NCBI GenBank assembly: GCA_965216635.1
Contig: OZ244188.1
Location: 512,001 to 576,000 of the forward strand
DNA: 64,000 nt
Direction of reading: 5' to 3'
DNA from: a bacterium
Lineage (GTDB): Bacteria > SAR324 > XYD2-FULL-50-16 > G965216635
Shown here: piece after piece, positions 59,907 to 64,000 of the stretch
How the letters are laid out: each line of letters starts with the position of its first letter
Numbering within the stretch: position 1 is the first letter of the stretch
The notes under the pieces: model-generated
What the model was told of the DNA's origin: nothing
The model's input: only the letters and a program-made list of their open reading frames with translations
Databases searched by the model: none
Made by a program: the position numbers and the translations under genes

Positions 59907-61019
59907 ATGGCTGTAGAAAACTCTATTTTAAAAACTCCTCTTTTTCCTCTGCACGAAAGATTCGGAGGCAAAATCATTCCTTTTGCTGGTTATTCGCTTC
60001 CCGTTCAGTATGCTGGTGGAGGTCTTCTTGCTGAGCATTTGCACACTAGAAAATCGGTTTCTCTTTTTGATGTTTCCCACATGGGTCAAGTATCTCTTCA
60101 AGGAGATGGCACAGCAGAAGCTTTATCCACAGTGATGCCTATTGATGTTACTACTCTGGTTGCTGGAAATTCTAAATACACAATGATCACTAACGAAGCA
60201 GGCGGCATAATAGACGATTGTATTGTTTCCAACGATGGAGCTCAAATATTTATTGTTTTTAATGCTAGTCGTAAGGAAGTAGATTTACAGCTTCTTCGCT
60301 CCGTTATTCCCCGTAGTTGCGAAATAAAAATCCACTCTAAAACCGCTCTTGTAGCTTTACAGGGGCCCAAAGCAGTAGTGTTATTGGCAGAATTTTTTCC
60401 CGATATTAAGAATCTTAAATTTATGCAAGCAGGTTTTTTAAAATATAAGGGTAAAAATTTTCGGGTGAGCCATACAGGTTATACGGGTGAAGATGGGTTT
60501 GAAATTTCTATACCCGAAGAAATAGCGGTAGATTTTTGTGATGAATTGTTTAGCTATGGAAAAGGTGAAGTGGTTAAGCCAGCGGGTTTGGGAGCGAGAG
60601 ATTCTTTGCGACTAGAGGCGGGACTTTGCCTTTACGGTCAAGAATTAGACGAAGAAACTACTCCGATTGAAGCGGGCTTGCTATGGACTATTCCCAAAAA
60701 AAGAAGAGAGAGCGGAGGTTTTGCAGGAGATAAAAAAATTATTCAGCAAATCAAAGAAGGCGTTTCTAAAAGATTGGTTGGTTTGCTGCCCGATGGAAAA
60801 ATACCAGTCCGCAAAGATGCTCCTTTGAATTCTTTTTCTGGAGAATCTATTGGGGTAGTTACCAGTGGAGTTTTTTCTCCTTCTTTATCTGTTCCGATCG
60901 CGATGGGATATGTGCAAAGAGAATTTGCACAGCAAGGAAATAAGATTGTAGCAGAGGTGCGAGGAAAAAAAATCATTTGTGAGATAACATCTTTGCCTTT
61001 TATTAAAAAATCATACTAA
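59907..61019 (+). CDS. gcvT: Glycine cleavage system aminomethyltransferase T
   Basis: FDVSHMG, GYTGEDGFE, GLGARDSLRLEAG.CLYG. Confidence 0.96.
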   Translation: MAVENSILKTPLFPLHERFGGKIIPFAGYSLPVQYAGGGLLAEHLHTRKSVSLFDVSHMGQVSLQGDGTAEALSTVMPIDVTTLVAGNSKYTMITNEAGGIIDDCIVSNDGAQIFIVFNASRKEVDLQLLRSVIPRSCEIKIHSKTALVALQGPKAVVLLAEFFPDIKNLKFMQAGFLKYKGKNFRVSHTGYTGEDGFEISIPEEIAVDFCDELFSYGKGEVVKPAGLGARDSLRLEAGLCLYGQELDEETTPIEAGLLWTIPKKRRESGGFAGDKKIIQQIKEGVSKRLVGLLPDGKIPVRKDAPLNSFSGESIGVVTSGVFSPSLSVPIAMGYVQREFAQQGNKIVAEVRGKKIICEITSLPFIKKSY

Positions 61020-61021
61020 AA

Positions 61022-61307
61022 TAGACTTTTGAATTTGCGCTGATGCTTACCCCACTATTGGGGCTAGCCAAATGGTTAGAACAGGTGCGAAAAAAATTTT
61101 TAGCTCGCAGGAATACTCAAATATTTCAAGGGACAAATTTTTTTTTTAACAGCGTAGTGCCACAATAATGGAACCAGGGCACTACAAAACTTAACGTTCA
61201 GCAAGAGTGAAATGTGAAACAGCCAGCGGCTGTTTCACAAATAGCCTGTCTGAAATTTTAAGCAATAAGCTTGTTTTGGCTAAACAGAATGCAAATTCAA
61301 AAATCTA
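61022..61307. mobile_element. MITE copy between gcvT and gcvH
   Basis: TAGACTTTTGAATTTG...CAAATTCAAAAATCTA. Confidence 0.85.
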
Positions 61308-61318
61308 TAAAATTAAAT

Positions 61319-61693
61319 ATGAGTAAAAAATACACAAATAAACACGAATGGGTAGAACAGGTGGAAGGGAATATTTGGAGAGTAGGCATTAGCGACTACG
61401 CTCAAGATCAACTCGGAGATATAGTCGTTGTAGAATTGCCTGAAGTAGGTGATAAAATCACTCTCGGAAAAGATTGTGCTGTGATTGAATCTGTTAAAGC
61501 AGCGAGCGATATTTATGCTCCTTTGAGCGGTGAAATACACAAAATCAATGATGCTCTAGAAGGCGAACCTGCATTAGTCAATCAAGAACCAGAAGGTAAA
61601 GGTTGGCTTTTAGAAATTAAAATTTCTGATGAAAGTGAAATGAAAGATTTGATGAATGAAGAGGATTATAAAACTTTTGTAGAAGGGTTATGA
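61319..61693 (+). CDS. gcvH: Glycine cleavage system H protein
   Basis: HEWV, GISDYAQ..LGD, ESVKAAS lipoyl Lys; ORF-track start 61271 lies within the MITE. Confidence 0.95.
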   Translation: MSKKYTNKHEWVEQVEGNIWRVGISDYAQDQLGDIVVVELPEVGDKITLGKDCAVIESVKAASDIYAPLSGEIHKINDALEGEPALVNQEPEGKGWLLEIKISDESEMKDLMNEEDYKTFVEGL

Positions 61694-64000
61694 TGCCAGA
61701 ATTGATGGAAAAAACAGCATTACTGGAAAAATCTGCCCGCAAAAAATTTTCTCCTGAAGCTGACTTCCCAAGTAGACACTGTGGGCTTTCTGAATCCGAT
61801 ACAAAAATCATGCTCAAGCAACTAGAAGTTGCTTCGTTAGAAAAATTAGGAGAAAAAATTATTCCAACGAATATTTACTCTGACAATGCACCAGATTTAG
61901 GAGATGCACTCAACGAACACGAAGCACTAGCCCAGTTACGAGTATTTGCTCGGAAAAATAAACCTGCAATAAGTATGATAGGTTTAGGTTATTATGGAAC
62001 AGAAGTGCCTCCAGTAGTGTTGCGTAAACTACTAGAAAATCCAGCTTGGTATACTGCTTATACTCCCTATCAAGCAGAAATCTCGCAAGGGAGATTGGAA
62101 ATGTTACTCAATTTCCAGACTATGATCTCCGATCTCACAGGTCTACCTATGGCAAATGCTTCTCTTTTAGATGAGGCTACAGCCGCTGCAGAAGCTATGA
62201 CTCTTTTGCATCGTATGCAAAAAAAAAAAACAGCCTACCAATGTTTAGTAGATGAAAATCTATTTTTCCAAACTTTAGATGTTCTAAAAACCAGGGCAGA
62301 GGCTTTAGAAATAAAACTAATTATCACTGCAACAGAAAATTTCACAAAAAATCTTAATCAGACAGAGGATATATTTGGCGCCTTAATTGGCTATCCATCA
62401 GGCGACGGCAAAATTCAAGAGCATACAAAACTAATTTCTACTTTAAAAGAAAAAGGAGTAGCCGCAGCTTGTGTTACAGATTTATTAGCTTTGATGCTTT
62501 TGCAACCTCCAGCAACTATGGGTTTTGATATAGCCGTTGGATCTTCTCAGAGGTTTGGTGTGCCTATGGGCTTTGGAGGTCCACACGCTGCTTTCATTTC
62601 TTTTCGTGAAAACTATGCTCGCTATGTTCCAGGTAGAATTGTAGGTGTTTCTAAAGATAAAAAAAATCGTGTAGGCTACCGCTTGGCTTTACAGGCTCGC
62701 GAACAGCATATTCGTAGAGAAAAGGCTACAAGCAATATTTGTACAGCTCAAGCTCTACCCGCTATGGTAGCTGTTGCTTATGCAATTTATCAAGGACCCC
62801 GTAGATTGAAAGCTATTGCAAAAAGAGCCAACGCACTAGCAGAAATTTTAGCTCAAGGTTTGCTGCAGTTAGGTTTTTCGGTAAAAAACGCGTGCTTTTT
62901 TGACACGATTAGAGTTTTGGTTCCTGAAAATCAAGCAGCAAGAATTGTGAAAGAGGTCTATAACAAATCTTGTATTAACCTATTTTTAGAGTCCGATGGT
63001 GTAGTGGGTATTAGCACAGATGAAATGACTCTTCCAGAACACATAGAAGCTATATGGGATGTTTTTGCCAAAGTCCATTCCTATACAGGAAAGTCAGATT
63101 CTACTAAGTTAGATTCTGCCAAGTTAGATTTTGCCAAGTTAGATTTTGCCAAGTTAGATTTTGAAGCTATTTCTAAAAAAACAAAACCTTCCATTCCAGA
63201 AAATTTAAAACGGAAAAGCGAACCACTTTTGAACGAAGTATTCCGTTTGTTTCACACCGAGCACGAAATGTTGCGTTACCTCAGGAGAATGGCAGATAAG
63301 GATATTTCGCTCAACCGTTCTATGATTGCCTTAGGTTCTTGCACTATGAAATTGAATGCCACTACAGAAATGATACCTATTACTTGGAATGAATTTGCCA
63401 ATGTCCATCCTTTTGCTCCAGTAGAACAGGTTCAAGGTTATTTAGAAGTATTGGGTGATTTTTCTCGCTTACTAGCAACAGTCACAGGATTTCATTCTGT
63501 CTCTTTACAACCCAACGCTGGTTCTCAAGGCGAATTTGCAGGACTTTTGACAATCCGCAGATTTTTAAAAAGCAAAGGAGAAAATAAAAGAAATATTTGT
63601 TTAATTCCAGCTTCTTCGCACGGCACAAACCCCGCTAGTGCTGTAATGGCTGGGATGAAAGTTGTGCCTGTAGAAATAGACAGTTCGGGACAGGTATCTC
63701 TGGAAGATTTGATTTTAAAAACGGAAACGCACAAAGAAAACTTAGCAGCTTTGATGATAACCTACCCTTCTACTTGCGGAGTTTTTGGATCTCAAATTAC
63801 TAAGTTGTGTGAAATCGTGCATCAAGCAGGAGGGCAAGTTTATATGGATGGAGCTAATCTCAATGCGATGGTGGGACTTACCTACCCCGGAAAATTTGGA
63901 CCTGATGTGATGCATATAAACCTACACAAAACTTTCTGTATCCCTCACGGTGGAGGAGGTCCGGGTATGGGACCTATTGCCGTAGCCGAACATCTTGCAG
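61690..64000 (+). CDS. gcvP: Glycine dehydrogenase (decarboxylating), runs off window
   Basis: Not in ORF track; read by hand: F.SRH.G, WYTAYTPYQAEISQGRLE, REQHIRREKATSNICTAQAL, LGSCTMK, NLHKTF. Confidence 0.95.
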   Translation, partial: MMPELMEKTALLEKSARKKFSPEADFPSRHCGLSESDTKIMLKQLEVASLEKLGEKIIPTNIYSDNAPDLGDALNEHEALAQLRVFARKNKPAISMIGLGYYGTEVPPVVLRKLLENPAWYTAYTPYQAEISQGRLEMLLNFQTMISDLTGLPMANASLLDEATAAAEAMTLLHRMQKKKTAYQCLVDENLFFQTLDVLKTRAEALEIKLIITATENFTKNLNQTEDIFGALIGYPSGDGKIQEHTKLISTLKEKGVAAACVTDLLALMLLQPPATMGFDIAVGSSQRFGVPMGFGGPHAAFISFRENYARYVPGRIVGVSKDKKNRVGYRLALQAREQHIRREKATSNICTAQALPAMVAVAYAIYQGPRRLKAIAKRANALAEILAQGLLQLGFSVKNACFFDTIRVLVPENQAARIVKEVYNKSCINLFLESDGVVGISTDEMTLPEHIEAIWDVFAKVHSYTGKSDSTKLDSAKLDFAKLDFAKLDFEAISKKTKPSIPENLKRKSEPLLNEVFRLFHTEHEMLRYLRRMADKDISLNRSMIALGSCTMKLNATTEMIPITWNEFANVHPFAPVEQVQGYLEVLGDFSRLLATVTGFHSVSLQPNAGSQGEFAGLLTIRRFLKSKGENKRNICLIPASSHGTNPASAVMAGMKVVPVEIDSSGQVSLEDLILKTETHKENLAALMITYPSTCGVFGSQITKLCEIVHQAGGQVYMDGANLNAMVGLTYPGKFGPDVMHINLHKTFCIPHGGGGPGMGPIAVAEHLA

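Overview
A very AT-rich bacterial chromosome segment, probably Gram-negative (lpxL-, lolB- and slt-like genes); ankyrin and outer-membrane accessory genes hint at a host-associated lifestyle (inference). Housekeeping genes (menA, proC, gatB, serS with two tRNA-Ser, SRP RNA, rpsB-tsf-pyrH-ndk, glnT, acnA, add, gcvT-H-P) alternate with 1-2 gene accessory cassettes. Many intergenic spaces hold a mosaic MITE/palindromic family with ends (T/G)AGAC(C/T)TTTGAATT...AATTCAAA(A/G)GTCT(A/C), and tandem repeats are frequent. The standout is a ~12 kb integrase-free island (47708-59647) bounded by a 136-bp duplication of the EamA 5' end. It encodes a membrane protein, a GH108 muramidase, a 3TM holin, five DUF2589-like paralogues and a Zn-ribbon protein. 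Three paralogues carry cargo: a CBM5/12-like module, an inserted beta-propeller, and two PG-binding plus two LAS-type Zn endopeptidase domains. I infer a candidate undescribed holin/muramidase-released polymeric antibacterial or adhesive apparatus. Short duplicated gene ends (EamA, gatB/VOC, gcvT/add) recur as scars of integrase-free insertion or rearrangement. All family calls are from motif recognition by eye; no searches were run.
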